The translations under genes were made by a program, and so were the position numbers. Source: Antedon mediterranea (taxonomy: Eukaryota; Animalia; Echinodermata). From it: a DNA stretch of 64,000 nucleotides. The DNA lies in contig NC_092676.1 of the NCBI RefSeq assembly GCF_964355755.1, positions 4,007,888-4,071,887 on the forward strand, given 5' to 3'. Positions 24,898 to 37,826 of this stretch are shown here, in pieces. Each line of letters begins with the position of its first letter. Within the stretch, counting starts at the first letter, position 1. The notes under the pieces were generated by a model. The model had not been told where the DNA came from, ran no database searches, and was given only the letters and a program-made list of their open reading frames with translations.

Positions 24898-27740
24898 TAG
24901 TCCAGTAAAGATAAGTCAAAAATAGGGTGAACCTAGAACAAATTGCAACAGAATTTGTTTTTGTTTTGTCTGGTAAATATGGTTCAAATGAATATCATAT
25001 CCAAAGTTTACCAAAATCGGACATCGGGAAGTGGGTTAATTAGCATAAATTCAAAATGGCCGCCATTTGCTATTTTGAAGCCTCATATCTCTCTAACGGT
25101 TGGATTTAGACCACCTAAGTGCATTACGAGTAGATATAAATGTGATATTAAACATTCTAATTAGCATATTTAAATTTCCATATGACGTACTTATGACGTC
25201 ATATGGTAGTTGTGACGTCATATATTATGTTATAACTGTTTAAATGACATTATACTATTCGAACAATTTAGGGACTGCAAGAAAACATGTTTCTTGACAT
25301 TCTCCTTGTTAAAATGAACATTATTTCCAAAGTTTACCAAAATCGGACGTCAGGAAGTGGGTTAATTAGCATACATTCAAAATGGCCGCTATTTATCATA
25401 CCATTTTGAAGCTCCATATCTCCTTAACGCTTGGTTTTAGACCACCTAAGTGCATTGAGAGTAGATATAAATGTGATATTAAACTTTATAATTAGCATAT
25501 TTAAATTGCCATATAACGTACCTATGATGTCATAAGACATATGACGTCATGTATTTTGTCACAATAATGCTCAATTGGCATTATTCTAAGGGGAAAATAT
25601 AGAAACCGAAAGGAAAAAATGATTTTAATCTCATGAAAATAGTAGAACATTTACCACATCCAGGTTAAGATCATGGGTATCAGAAGTTATTCGGCCACCC
25701 TTCACAACATGCAATAGAACATTCCAGTTAATTTTCTGCAACTGCAACTTTTTATAACTGCATATATATCTCATATATCTCATATATAATATTTAAAGAA
25801 ATAGGATTCTTAATTAAGTAATGAGTCTGGGATTTAATAATTCGACCCCATCCTAAATATGGAGTTGGATCACAGTAAGTTTCCAATCCAAAGTACATAC
25901 ATAGAAAATGTAATGTTGGCGCCGTCAAAATACTTCCACCATACATGTAGGCACAGCAAGTCTACTTCATTGGCTTTTCTGATGTCTTTTTAAATTTTGG
26001 ACCAAACAGTTCTTGCTTAGAATAGAATGCATCCCCCTGTTTCTTTGCAAGTGCAGAGCATTACAAAGATGTTGCAAATTTGCTCCTTAAGATGTTTTCT
26101 TTAAGTACCAATTATTCCACTATTTTTTGCTTCTTCTGTCTTAAAACGCAATCGCTTTTTTTAATTATGGCAAAGTAAGATATTTAATAGATCCCCATCT
26201 GCATTCAAAGTTTCTATTCCATTTTTCTGACATTTTTTGTCAAGGAAGTTGAATACTGTCTTGTCGAAAAATAAAATACTGTAATTAGTAGTGGCAAGTT
26301 TGAAAATTACTGTATTACCTTAACAACCCCTTTTTGGATTCCGTTGATGTGTATCTTTTAACTGATGGTTCTTCATCCTAGTTAACACTAGGATGAAGTG
26401 TCCTTGTTATATGCTCATTGAATCTTGGAAACAGCATTCAAAAGATAAACATTATATAAAACATCATAAACAGTTGTTGTCTCATAAATGATCGACACCA
26501 AACAGATGCAATGAAATAGCAAATTTGAAAGAGCAGAATGGAGATGCTGACTATACAGAAAACTACAGTATGACATTTATCATTTTCATTTCAATTGAGA
26601 TGAGTTTGTGGGAATGATGGGTTTGAATAGCCTGACCCACAATCAATCGCCTCATTACAATATTTTTTTTATTCCTTTACCAATTTAAAGAGATAAAGTT
26701 CTAAAAGATGTAGTTTTAGAAAACACAAAACAAGATGTGCGCTTGAGTACAAATCAGTTTCGGAAATACAGTTGATGATCACCTTTCATACGGTTCTGTA
26801 GAATATCTATTTTCATAAGATTTTGTAAATGGAAACTTAATGATAAATTTCAATGGTTTTTACATATATATCTACTCGTAATGCACATAGGCTGTCTAAA
26901 CCCAACCGCTAAGTAGATACAGGGCTTCAAAATGGTATTTTGAATTTATGCTATTATTGACCCTCTTGAAGTCTGATTTTGGTGAACTTAGGATATCATG
27001 TTCATTTCAACAGGAAATTGTTAGAAAATTGTTTTCCTGCAGTTTCTACATTTTTTAGCATGGGATAATGCCATTTAAGCAGTTATAACATAATATATGA
27101 CGTCACAACTACCTTATGACGTCATATTTACGTCATATGGTAATTTAAATGTGCTAATTGGGAAGTTTAATGTCACATTTATATCTACTCGCAATGCACT
27201 TTGGTGGTCTAAAACCACCATTAAGGAGATATAGGGCTTCAAAATGATATAGTAAATAGCGGCCATTTTTAATTTATGCTAATTAACACACTTCTTGACG
27301 TCCGATTTTGGTCAACTTTGGAAATTATGTTCATTTCAACAAGGAGAATGTTAGGAAACTTGTTTTTCTGCAGTTTCTAAATTGTTCGCATAGTATAATG
27401 TCATTTAAGCATTTATAACATAATTTATGACGTCACAACTACCATATGACGTCATAGGTACGTCCTATGGAAATTTAAATATGCCAGTTAGAATGTTTAA
27501 TATCACATTTATATCTACTCGTAATGCATATAGGTGGTCTAAATCCAACCGTTAAGGAGATATGGGGCTTTAAAATAGCAAATGGCGGCCATTTTGAATT
27601 TATGCTAATTAACCCACTTCCCGATGTCCGATTTTGGTAAACTTTGGATATGATGTTCATGTTCACCATATCAACCAAATAAAATAAAAAAAAATTCTGT
27701 TGCAATTTGTTCTAGGTTCAACCATATTTTTACTGGACTA
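24898..27740. mobile_element. long-TIR foldback DNA transposon, Academ-like, non-autonomous/decayed
   Basis: TAGTCCAGTAAA...TTTACTGGACTA termini, ~700-bp inverted arms (mirror ORFs 24943+ and 27705-), TAT on both flanks; interrupts a ~185-bp tandem repeat (24330-24897, 27741-27900). Superfamily is inference from TAG/CTA ends and 3-bp TSD. Confidence 0.7.
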
Positions 27741-28450
27741 TATATGCATATATGGCAATAGTATGGCATAATAATTGAATTTTAAATACAGTAGTCGATA
27801 TTTTGGCCTGTACTAGTACAGGAATTTTTTCAGAAAATGGCAAAATTTCGAACCCTTTTAGTTTTCGACAAAAGTGTGTATTATGGCTCTATAAGTTGTT
27901 GCAAATAAATTTTTTTTTTCTCTCTTTGGTTTGGTGTGTGCCTCTCTTCATATACATATACATAAGTAAATAAGGGTTAGTACACTACCAGTGTCTAACT
28001 AATACTCCTGATATATTCCCATTATATTCATTTTCTCATTTAGAATGTTCAATTCTTGCAAACATTCTTAAACAATTACGTTACCTTCAATTATTAGAAT
28101 ATTGTTATGTGTTATGATATGGACTTTGTTCTGAAATAAAAGTGAATTGATTTGAATTGCATTTAGCCTTTGTTCTAAAAAACCTTAGATAATAATCAAT
28201 AGTACAATAGTCAATTCACATTCATTACTGTTTATCTTAAATCTATATATGTAATTGCTTATTCGAACAAAACAATTAAATATTAATATCAACTACTAAC
28301 CAAAGTCATACACCTGGTGAACTGATTTATCTAAATTATTTAAAACTCTTTTGCAACAATACTAAAAGAAACAATATTATGTCAAACGTTGAGATGACTT
28401 TGGGAGATAAAGTTTACTACGCACATCACGGTACTGAATTGCGTAAGAAG

Positions 28451-28526
28451 ATGTTTGTCTTTAAAGTGGTAATAATATTGGTGGAGTTATCGTTTTCTAG
28501 TTGTGCTGATGTTGGTTCAAATTCTG
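28451..28526 (+). CDS. probable signal-peptide first exon of the SRCR-LRR gene (MFVFKVVIILVELSFSSCADVGSNS; upstream in-frame ATG at 28379)
   Basis: ATG + hydrophobic stretch + small-residue cleavage site, gtatga donor in phase 1 matching SRCR exon 46127; linkage across 17.6 kb is inferred. Confidence 0.5.
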
Positions 28527-29032
28527 GTATGATTCGTTCTTTTAATATTTATCATTTGTAATAGATATTATAATATAGTAGGGCATTATAATAATTCATG
28601 ACCTTTTCTGAATTTGAGGCTAGGTCTAACCATCCTTATTTTACAATATTTATTATTCTATAATGTTTTATTGAAAATGAAATGAAAATATTTTTTCGAA
28701 CTAAATATTTTAGCTTTATTATATACGGTACTGTGATCAAATTCTTTAGTTAATGTTGTCAATAGTTTACCTTTTAATGAACAAATAGTAAAATTTTAAT
28801 TTCATGAGTTTTTTTTCCATTTGTTCATAAATTAATATTTTGCACTAATTTGTTCACCTTTTGATGTATCCACACACTTAAGACCGGTTCACACTGAGCA
28901 TTTTACACGCGCGTCAAGCGTCAAACCGAAACGATTCGCGACTAAACTTGAAAAAGTTGCCCATGTTGGGGAGCAACAACTGAAAATATAACATACACTA
29001 TATACCGCATATATAAGCTGTCTGCGAGCTCA

Positions 29033-30477
29033 TCTATATATAAATTTACGTAAGGGCAAAATTCGGTAAATCGCGCCTTACTTTTAGAATTTTTACTCGA
29101 TGGTATATAAAGTTGGTTCGTACTTTCGGTACTGATTTTAACAGCCTGATGTAACCCTGTTTACTAATTAAATTAAGTTAGATAATTAGTTATTGACGAT
29201 TAAAACGAATTTAGGTTCAACAATTTGCCCCAAATAGGGGTGTTTTCCGATCGTGGTATACACTGTCTAATGGATGTCTATCTTGAAAAATACCCGCCAC
29301 AAAAATGCGAGGAGGCTTCGCATTTTCCTATCTCCTCCTACGATAATTGTTTTTAATAGCTGAAAACCGGTTGAACAGCTCGAGTACAGTATCATAATGT
29401 TGAAGACAGGCCGATTTTCTCAAAAAAATACTATTTTGATAGAATTAATATACGTTTATGCAAATGTATTGATTTGAAATGAATGGAACATTCCAATCTC
29501 TGTTCCACAAGTGTCTATTCCCTCAGGCGTCGTAAAGGCAAGTACTGTACACTCATAACAGAAATTCGATCCATTTTTTTTTTCAATCTGTGCTGCAGAG
29601 GTTGGATATAGATATTTTTTAACGGATAATGAGCTAGCGTTTTCAGTCGCCGTATATTATGTACAAATCTTTATTATTGCAGTTAAACCACCCACGTGAC
29701 AGCATCACCCTTCCCCCACTGGCATGAGTAGCGTTGTAAAGCCAGTAGAGGATAGGCCTACGGTGCATCACATGCCCTAAACGCAGAACAACTTTGGTGG
29801 GTAGGGTTAGGAACCAACTTAAGTATGAATTGGCTCTAAGAAACAATTGAAACCCATTAGGCCTACTAATTAAGTTGAGTTAGATAATTTAATATTTATT
29901 ACTCGAATTTATGATTTGCCACGAATAGGTGTGGTTTTCACAAATTGTTTTACATTATATAAACATATTATACACGTAGTAGTGATGTATCGTTACATGT
30001 ACTATACTATTTCAATCGACTAGGACGGTGATAGTTTCAACAAAGTATTACATCGCAATGTTTTACTGTGTTTAGTGGTATATTATTTGTAAAACATGAA
30101 AACAATTAATATTTCGTTACTACATGGATAAAGAATATATTTAAAAATTGTTCCTCTTTGCACCCATCCTCTTTCCCATCCCTCAACCCTAATGTTACAT
30201 ACAAAACACAAATTAAGTTTGTTTAAATTTGACTTAAACAATTGGTCTCATTTTGTGACAAGTTTCTCTTTCGGAAGTAATTCCAAGGGTGCTAATTTTA
30301 GTTCAGTACATAAATCACAGTGTTTATTTATTCGTTCCTGTAAACGACATGTATTATTGTCCTGCGGTACGTACATTTGAAATCGCCAGTTTTTTAACGC
30401 TGAAATTATTATGTATTCGAGAACCATCTGTGGGCACGACCTAGATGGTACGCGAGCGAAGCGAGCGTACCATCTAG
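29033..30477 (+). mobile_element. non-autonomous Helitron, family H1
   Basis: A|TC start, CTAG|T end with terminal hairpin; two more copies at 59526 and 63919. Confidence 0.85.
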
Positions 30478-31666
30478 TTTCATAAATTTGTCAAAACACA
30501 TTAAAGTATTATTGTATTTCCCAGAATATATAACATTTTATCGTTATTGTTATTGGTGCAGAATATTTCCCACACATCTAACTCATTATGCTAAATTAAA
30601 TCTTGTGTTTTTATTTGTTCTTCTCTTATACATTACAATGCATCTCAACTGAATATAAAGTGAGATATGTCCTCTATGTTACCACATTTCCATAATGTAG
30701 ATAATTTTCCTCGGTCCATTTTCTTAATAATTTAAAGGTATATCAAGTTTTCAAGTTCAAGTTCAAGTTTATTGTTTCACACAATACAATACAATAGAAC
30801 AGTAACATAAATTAATAAAAACAATTGTGTGAGGAGGACGCATTAAGCCAAGGCTTTAAGTTTGGTCCTCCAGATAATTAACGTAGCAGATGTACGGGTG
30901 AGACGGGTGGGTCTGTCTATTACGGGAAATAAATTAGCTGAATATATACAATTTAAAAAATCTGATGTTAGTGTATGGGAACTGAATTTAAGCAAATCAA
31001 TATTAAAATCTCCACAAGCATAAAAACTTTTTTTTCTGTGTTGATTACTTCAAATAATAGTGATATGTTTTCATTAAAAGTTTTTATGGATTTTTCTGGT
31101 GGTCGGTATATTACTGAGAAAATATAATTTTTTGGTTTTAATTCTATTTCAATGCAGATATTTTCAGCTTCATTATTAATTAAAGAACTCAAATCATCTC
31201 TCATTCTAAAATTAATATCATCCATAATATAAAGACAGACGCCACCACCTTTCTTATCTACTCTATCACAATAAATTAATGTATAACCAGGAATGTTATA
31301 TAAAGTATGTACAGTATTTGAACTAAACCAGGTCTCAGTGAAACATAATATATTAAATTTGTGATTAAGAGTTTCAAGATATTCAGTTATTTCAGTAAAG
31401 TTTTTTACCAGGCTACGTGAATTAAAATGAATAAAACTAAAATTGTTATTAATATTTTCAATTGAACTATTAAAGTTATCGCTGAGATGATATCTACATG
31501 TAGAAGGAATGGATGTATTTACGTCAAAAGGGTTAATACTTAATGAATTTAGATGATCAAAATCAACAAATTGGTTTACGTGAAATTGTTTTATTTCATG
31601 TAAAAACTCATCATCATTGAGTATATGATTAAACGGAAGTAGAGAAATATTACATGACGTACAGTA

Positions 31667-33825
31667 TTATTATTATTATTATTATTCACTTTTATTTCAA
31701 ATATCAAAAAATTGACCAAAATTACAACTCGTGGCTAAGAGCCAAATTGCGTGTAAAATACATGTCATATCAAAAATATAAATATATATAAAAAAAATGA
31801 AAAAAAAAAACAACAAAGAAGGGGAGAGCAGTCGCAAGCGAGCAGGGGAGAAAATTAAGAATTTAGTAATTTGATGAAGTAGGGTATAGGGCTATTGGTA
31901 AATCTGGATGTTTTAGACGCTAGCTGGGTAATTTTGTTTTTATTTCTTAAATTCCTACCATGACAGCTATGTCTGGTCGGTGGGATTAAATCAGCTGTTT
32001 GTTTAATTTTGGGGAGATACTCAGCGAACTTGCGACAATGCTCCACCCTTCTTTGAGCCAAAGTCTCTAATTTAAGAAAATCAAGGGCACCAGAGTAAGA
32101 AAAGTAATCATTGCCTAACATAATACGGCAAGCCCTCTTTTGAACATTTTCAATACAATCGCTTAATCTACTAGACAGGCCAGAATGCCAAACAACATCA
32201 GCATACTCAACAACTGGTCTAATGTAACCACAAAAGGTCAATTTAAGCTCTTCAATGTTAAAACCAAATCGTTTTAGAGATCGTAAAAAGAAAAGTTTCC
32301 TGGAAGCTTTAGTGATGATGGAATCAATATGACAGTCCCATTTAAGGTTGTCTTGAAAAAAAAACTCCCAGGATCTTGGCTTTATTAACATATTGGAGCT
32401 TATCAGTTCCCAAGTGTATGTCAACGTGTGAAGGTTGGGTAGAACTGAAACACACCTTAAGGGCTTGACATTTTTTGGGGTTAAGCACTAAACAGTTGTT
32501 GTTACACCAGCGGAAAAAAGAATTAGGATCATCTTGTAAAAAAACAGGCAATGAGAGCTTACGATTTTCACAAAATGTAAGATCATCTACATATTTCAGA
32601 TACTTAGTTTTAGCATTTGTACCAGCATCGTTGATCATGATCTGGAAACATAAAGGGCCTAACTTGGTTCCCTGTGGGACACCAGCTTTTAAGTAAGAGT
32701 AATTAGATTAGGTACCATTATATTTAACACACTGCATACGCATAAAAAGAAAATCACACAACCATGGTACCAAAGCCCCCCTGACACCAATATCAATGAT
32801 CTTATTAACAATGATGGTATGGTCGATAAGATCAAAGGCCTTGGAGAAATCAGTAAGAACCATGGTACCAACATTGTGCTTATTCTCAGCACCTTGACAG
32901 AGATAATGCACCAAGTGGGTCAGGTAATGAGCAGTAGACAAACCCTTAACATTTCCAAACTGGTTAACATCGATTTTTGAACTTATATCTTGTAAGATCC
33001 AGTCAGTGATAAACTCCTCAGCTACTTTGGCAAACACAGAAGTAATGGAGATAGGTCTGAGTTTGTCAATAGTAGGAGGCTGAACCTTGGGCACAGGGAC
33101 TACAACTGCCTTTTTCCACTGAGAAGGGACAATGCCTTCAGAAAAAGAACAGTTGAGTATATCACAAAGTGGTTCACAAAACTCCATGGCAAATAATTTA
33201 ACAGGCCTTGTTTTCTTTAATAGATCTTAATTTTTTATAAATATCCCAAGGATAAAGTTTAGGTGCAGGTTTGTCAGAGGGAAGGAATGCAGGGAGTTGG
33301 GTTTTATTTAGAAAAGGGATGTGAGCACTAATGTTAGTAAACAAGTCATTGATGACATTAGCAATGGATTTATGATCCAATGGAGAGATTTAAGGAACTG
33401 GTATATTGAGATCAATTTTCTTAGTGTTTGTCATAACTCTGACCTGTTGGTGCCATTTACCTGGGTCAGTTTTTTGCAGGTGTCTAACTCTATCTACATT
33501 AAATTTTACTTTAGATTTAATGATTTCCCTCTTGACTTTGTTTCTGCAAGCTTTCCAATGGGTTAAGTTATTGGATTTAAACGCTTTTTGGCGTTCAGAA
33601 ATAGAATTTCTGATATTTTGTGTTAGCCAAGGTTTATCAGTATTGTGCGTTTTAATATTTTTCAACGGGAAAAACTTATTAATAGCAGTGATCAGTTTGT
33701 AATAGAAAGCATCAACTTTACTCTGTGTAGACATGCAGCTATAAATATCATTCCAATTCTGAGATACAATCCAGGTGCCAAACGATCTTATTCTGGTATC
33801 ATATAAGGGACGAACACTTATAGAT
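31667..33825 (-). mobile_element. 5'-truncated, frameshifted L2/CR1-group LINE (element A), reverse transcriptase
   Basis: RT motifs LRPISITS, DFSKAFD, GVPQG, YVDD across ORFs 31855-33734; AATAAA + (TAA)n tail; CAGTA duplicated at 31662-66 and 33826-30. Confidence 0.9.
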
Positions 33826-34318
33826 CAGTACCATTCTGGTTCTATGGAAAAACATTGGGCATGTGCGTACCCATTACATAATGCACATCTGTTTAGATTA
33901 ATATCGCCACTCATGAGAGCGTTTCTGCATACAATACAAATCATATTAATAAGAAATTGTTTTTAGAAAATATAGTGTTCGTTTTGTCTCAAGGGACATA
34001 ATATATTCATAAAAGTATATTGCCATGCACAACAAGTAATAATAAATACATATACATATATAATAAAAATAAACGACGAAAATAGAAAAAAAAGGTAATA
34101 TGCCTTTAATATGTAAATTTAAAAATTCCAAACTTCTAATGGAGTAAATTTTTAAAAAGTGTTGCATTTGTAATCTGCAAGGAAAAGTAAAAAAAAACAG
34201 TTATTTAATAAACAATGGTATCAGAGTCTACTCTCGTCTACGTTTAACCGAATGTGATAAAAGAAAATATCTTTTAAATTATTATGTGGAGAAAAAGCTA
34301 CTAAATAAATAATGTTAG

Positions 34319-34990
34319 TTATAAAATAATAATAATAACGTTAGGTTTGACTGTCCTGCAACTTCCGTTTATGTACAAGTTGCCATTTCTGAAGGACGGC
34401 CTTTTCCCCTCTCTATAAGCTATGGCCATTGTGTCTTTCAGGCTTCGTTTTTTAATTAGGTCCGCCTCACAGAGATCATCGATGACATATATGTTACTGC
34501 TTTTTAGTGATGACTTCGACTTGGAGAGAACTTGATGTCGCTGGGGACGATATATGAACTTGGCGATGATATGCCTGGGCTTGTCGTTAGGTCCTCGCGG
34601 CTTACCGGACCGGTGCGCATTTTCTATTTTAACATTAGGAATGCATAACTCATTTTCAATCAGGTCTGTGATTTTCTGGACTGTATTTTCATTGATTTCT
34701 TCCGGTAAGCCACCAAATCGCAAATTAAAAGACCTTGAATAGCGTTCAAGCTTGTTCAGTTGATTTTGTACCGATAAGCACTTTGATTTTTCAGCTTCAA
34801 CAGTAGGTGATACGCCTTTAAGCTCTGTAGTTACATTTTTCATTTTGATTTCCATTTCTGATATCGTACTGCTAACAAATTCAATTGATGTTTCAAGTTG
34901 AGTTTGTTTGTTTTCAATTTTGTCTATCCTTCCAAGTATGGTATTCTGATTTGTTAGGACCGTGTCCAGCTGGTTACGTATACCAAACAA
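34319..34990 (-). CDS. LINE ORF1-like protein (coiled coil + RRM-type), element B
   Basis: 223-aa ORF with motifs typical of L1-type/L2 ORF1p; N-terminal repeat region out of frame. Confidence 0.75.
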   Translation of the reverse strand: MFGIRNQLDTVLTNQNTILGRIDKIENKQTQLETSIEFVSSTISEMEIKMKNVTTELKGVSPTVEAEKSKCLSVQNQLNKLERYSRSFNLRFGGLPEEINENTVQKITDLIENELCIPNVKIENAHRSGKPRGPNDKPRHIIAKFIYRPQRHQVLSKSKSSLKSSNIYVIDDLCEADLIKKRSLKDTMAIAYREGKRPSFRNGNLYINGSCRTVKPNVIIIIL

Positions 34991-35400
34991 TTCTCTTGCT
35001 ATTGTTGAATTTCGCGCCTCAGTGCTTCCGTGCTGGTCGCATCGGCTGCTTCAAGCACAGGGGGCGACTCCAGTGATTGTTGGCCTACGTCTGATGTTTT
35101 TTGGATTTCGCGCCTCCTGCTGGTCGCATCGGCTGCTTCAAGCACAGGGGGCGACTCCAGTGATTGTTGGCCTACGTCTGATGTTTTTTGGATTTCGCGC
35201 CTCAGTGCTTCCGTGCTGGGCGCCTCGGCTGCTTCAAGCACCGGGGGCGACTCCTGTGATTTTGCGCCTACGTCTGTTGGCTTTTTTTTTTCCCATTTTG
35301 AGTGCTTGATTTCTCTATTAAAGTCAGATTCAATTTGTTAAATGCACTTACAGTTTTTTTTACGGTTTATTTGTCCAACGTTGTATTAGTGTAGCATGTA

Positions 35401-36801
35401 TCTATATTATAAGTGAGAGAGTTTGTCTGTCTGTCTGTTTGTTTGTTTGTTTGTTTGTTCGTTATACAAATTTTTGTTACTGCACGTAATCTTACATATG
35501 GGGTATCAAAATGACCGCAATTGTACCGGGAATGTTCTAAGCTATATTTCAACATCATCCGCCACCTAGGATCCATGTTAGGGACCAAAATGTGGTCAAA
35601 ACCCCCACTTTCGATGTTTGTTCGTTATACAAATTTCTGTTTCTGCACGTAACCATACGTATGGGGTATCAAAATGATGGCAATTGTACCCGGAAGGTTT
35701 TAAACTACATTAAAAAAAAATTCCCCCCGACTCCTGGGGTTTTTGTGGGAGAGGTGGGTGGTGTGGTGGTTTGTGATGTCACATTTTTGCTAGGGCTCGG
35801 GGTTGTAGGCTATCGAATTGTAAAATATATACTACAAAAGTTTTACAGTATTTGAATTATCCTCAGCAAGGCGTTTGGGGAAATATAGATATAGATATAC
35901 ATATTTTATTCATTAACCAATATGACACCTATTCAATTACACATTTAGCAAAGTACTTTAACCATATCCAGCTATGTATCGGTCTCTTGGATTGTCTCAT
36001 TACAGACATCCATACCTGTGTGAACATACACATGATGTTTACTGTTACTGTGTTCAACTACATCACCAATCCTCCAAGAAAAAAACGTCAATTGTGGGAG
36101 AGTGGGGTTGGGAGATAGGGTTTGGGTTCAGGGGATTTTGCTTACACCAGAATTGTGGTTGGAAAATGTTAAAGTATTTAATCATCCCTGGAAGCAGATG
36201 GGAGTTTGGGGTGGGGATGTAGGCCTATCACCATGACCGAAACTGTATTTGGAATGTTTTAAACTACATTTGAAAACTGCCACTGAGGGATTATGGGTTG
36301 GGAGTGATAATAACATAATTTGTACTGGGGTGTAGTGTAGTAGGGGGAGGAGGAGCGAAAATACTAGCGTAATGAAGTAGCCTATATGATTGGATTGTAC
36401 TAGGAAAAGTTACTAAATTTGAACTGTCCAGGGGAGGAGTTAAGGTTTGTTGATGGTGGCTGGGGTGGTGAAAGGAGAAAGAAGGCTGGGGGACCGCAGT
36501 ATCTAAATTACATATTTTAATTATCATCCAATATGACACCTATTCATTTACACAATTTACAACGTACCATTTAACCATTATTAGACCCATCGTAGCTATG
36601 CATACTCCTCTCAATTCGAAGCTTAGGTTGAATTGAATTTGTCCATCACTGGGAAGAATTTGTTTTTAAGAAAGAGTATGGGGTGTTATTGAAGAGGGGT
36701 GGAGGTTGGCGAGTATAGACAGATACTGGCGTCGGGTGTTATGTACTGAGAAGGCTGTAAACTAATTTTGAAACCCGCCCTGGGGCGGGTATAATTGCTA
36801 G
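35401..36801 (+). mobile_element. non-autonomous Helitron, family H2
   Basis: A|TCTATA start followed by (GTCT)/(GTTT) microsatellite; hairpin ACCCGCCC-TG-GGGCGGGT just upstream of CTAG|T end. Confidence 0.8.
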
Positions 36802-37826
36802 TTATTTATATATTAGACGGAGCAAACTATCCACGTCTGTTCACTCACGTAGCATCTTATTACTTTTTAATATATAGTATTGGAACGAACTTCACATTTA
36901 AGACGATAATATTTGTTTTATCAAAAGATAAGGCTTCAATTTTAATTTCACATACAAATTGTTGATTACCTAAAATATTTTGTTTTAGTAAATTAAACCA
37001 ACATATGGTTCGAATGTTAGTAACAAGCGAATTTATAGGCGCAGAGGCTCCGCAAGTTCCGCATTCTCCGCGTTTGGAGTTGAAAATCGACTGACGCTTG
37101 TCACATTCGATTTCATGTTCCCTCTGATGATATTGTTTTTGGAATTTTACGTGTGTCACTTCGCGTGTAGATTGTTCAGTGCGTGCACAATACGTAGCAA
37201 TATGGAGCTTTGATTTGCAACGACCCAATTAGGTCAGGTCAATCGATGTGTCATCGATCGCCGCCTGGACCTACAAACCATTATAATGTGTGTAGAGGTG
37301 GAGAGCGGGGAAACACGTCCCAATTTCCCCGCATGGGTACAATGAATAAAATAACATCATTTCGTCGTCGGTCGTCGTATAGCTCCCTATACGCTCGCAA
37401 AGACAGAACTTTTAATATTACAAGAGAAACGGAGACAATGGCTACTATTATGAAGCTAATTTACATAATATTAAAGTTAAGGTAATACAATTAACATTTT
37501 CCTTTCCTTGACATAATTTCATTAAACATCCACATACAGTACAACTCTTCTTAACAACATTTTTTTCAATCTTCTATCAACTAAAAGTCGTAGTTAGTCA
37601 TGTCTCGGGTCACATTCTATGGTCACCGTACAGATAGGCTACTACATCAGTACTTCTATGACTGGATGACTAGTTGGTGAGAAGAACGCTAGTTGGTCAT
37701 ACCCAGTACCGTTTTGATTTTACGATCATTCGGGAAACCACCTCACGACGATACTATTATTAAAATATAACACTCTCTTTTCGTTAGAGTAATACAATTA
37801 ACATTTTCCTTTCCAAATTTCAACTT

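Larger units (their letters stand above)
30748..35340 (-). mobile_element. decayed L2/CR1-group LINE (element B): ORF1, PHD-like + AP endonuclease part of ORF2, then a 3' tail; interrupted by LINE A
   Basis: ORF1 34319-34990 (coiled coil, LERYSRSFNLRFGGLPEE, IENAHR, PRHIIAKF); endonuclease motifs HFNSRSL, FTETW, GGGVCLYI, IYRPP, PTRLTRTSATL at 30875-31450; AATAAA+(CTTGAA)n tail at ~30750-30773. Confidence 0.8.

Noticed and set aside
36860-37485. ORFs 36860-37228 (-) and 37210-37485 (+) as genes or alternative first exon
   Set aside because: No recognisable domain; the donor at ~37482 is phase 2 for the nearby ATG frame and does not fit the SRCR exon.
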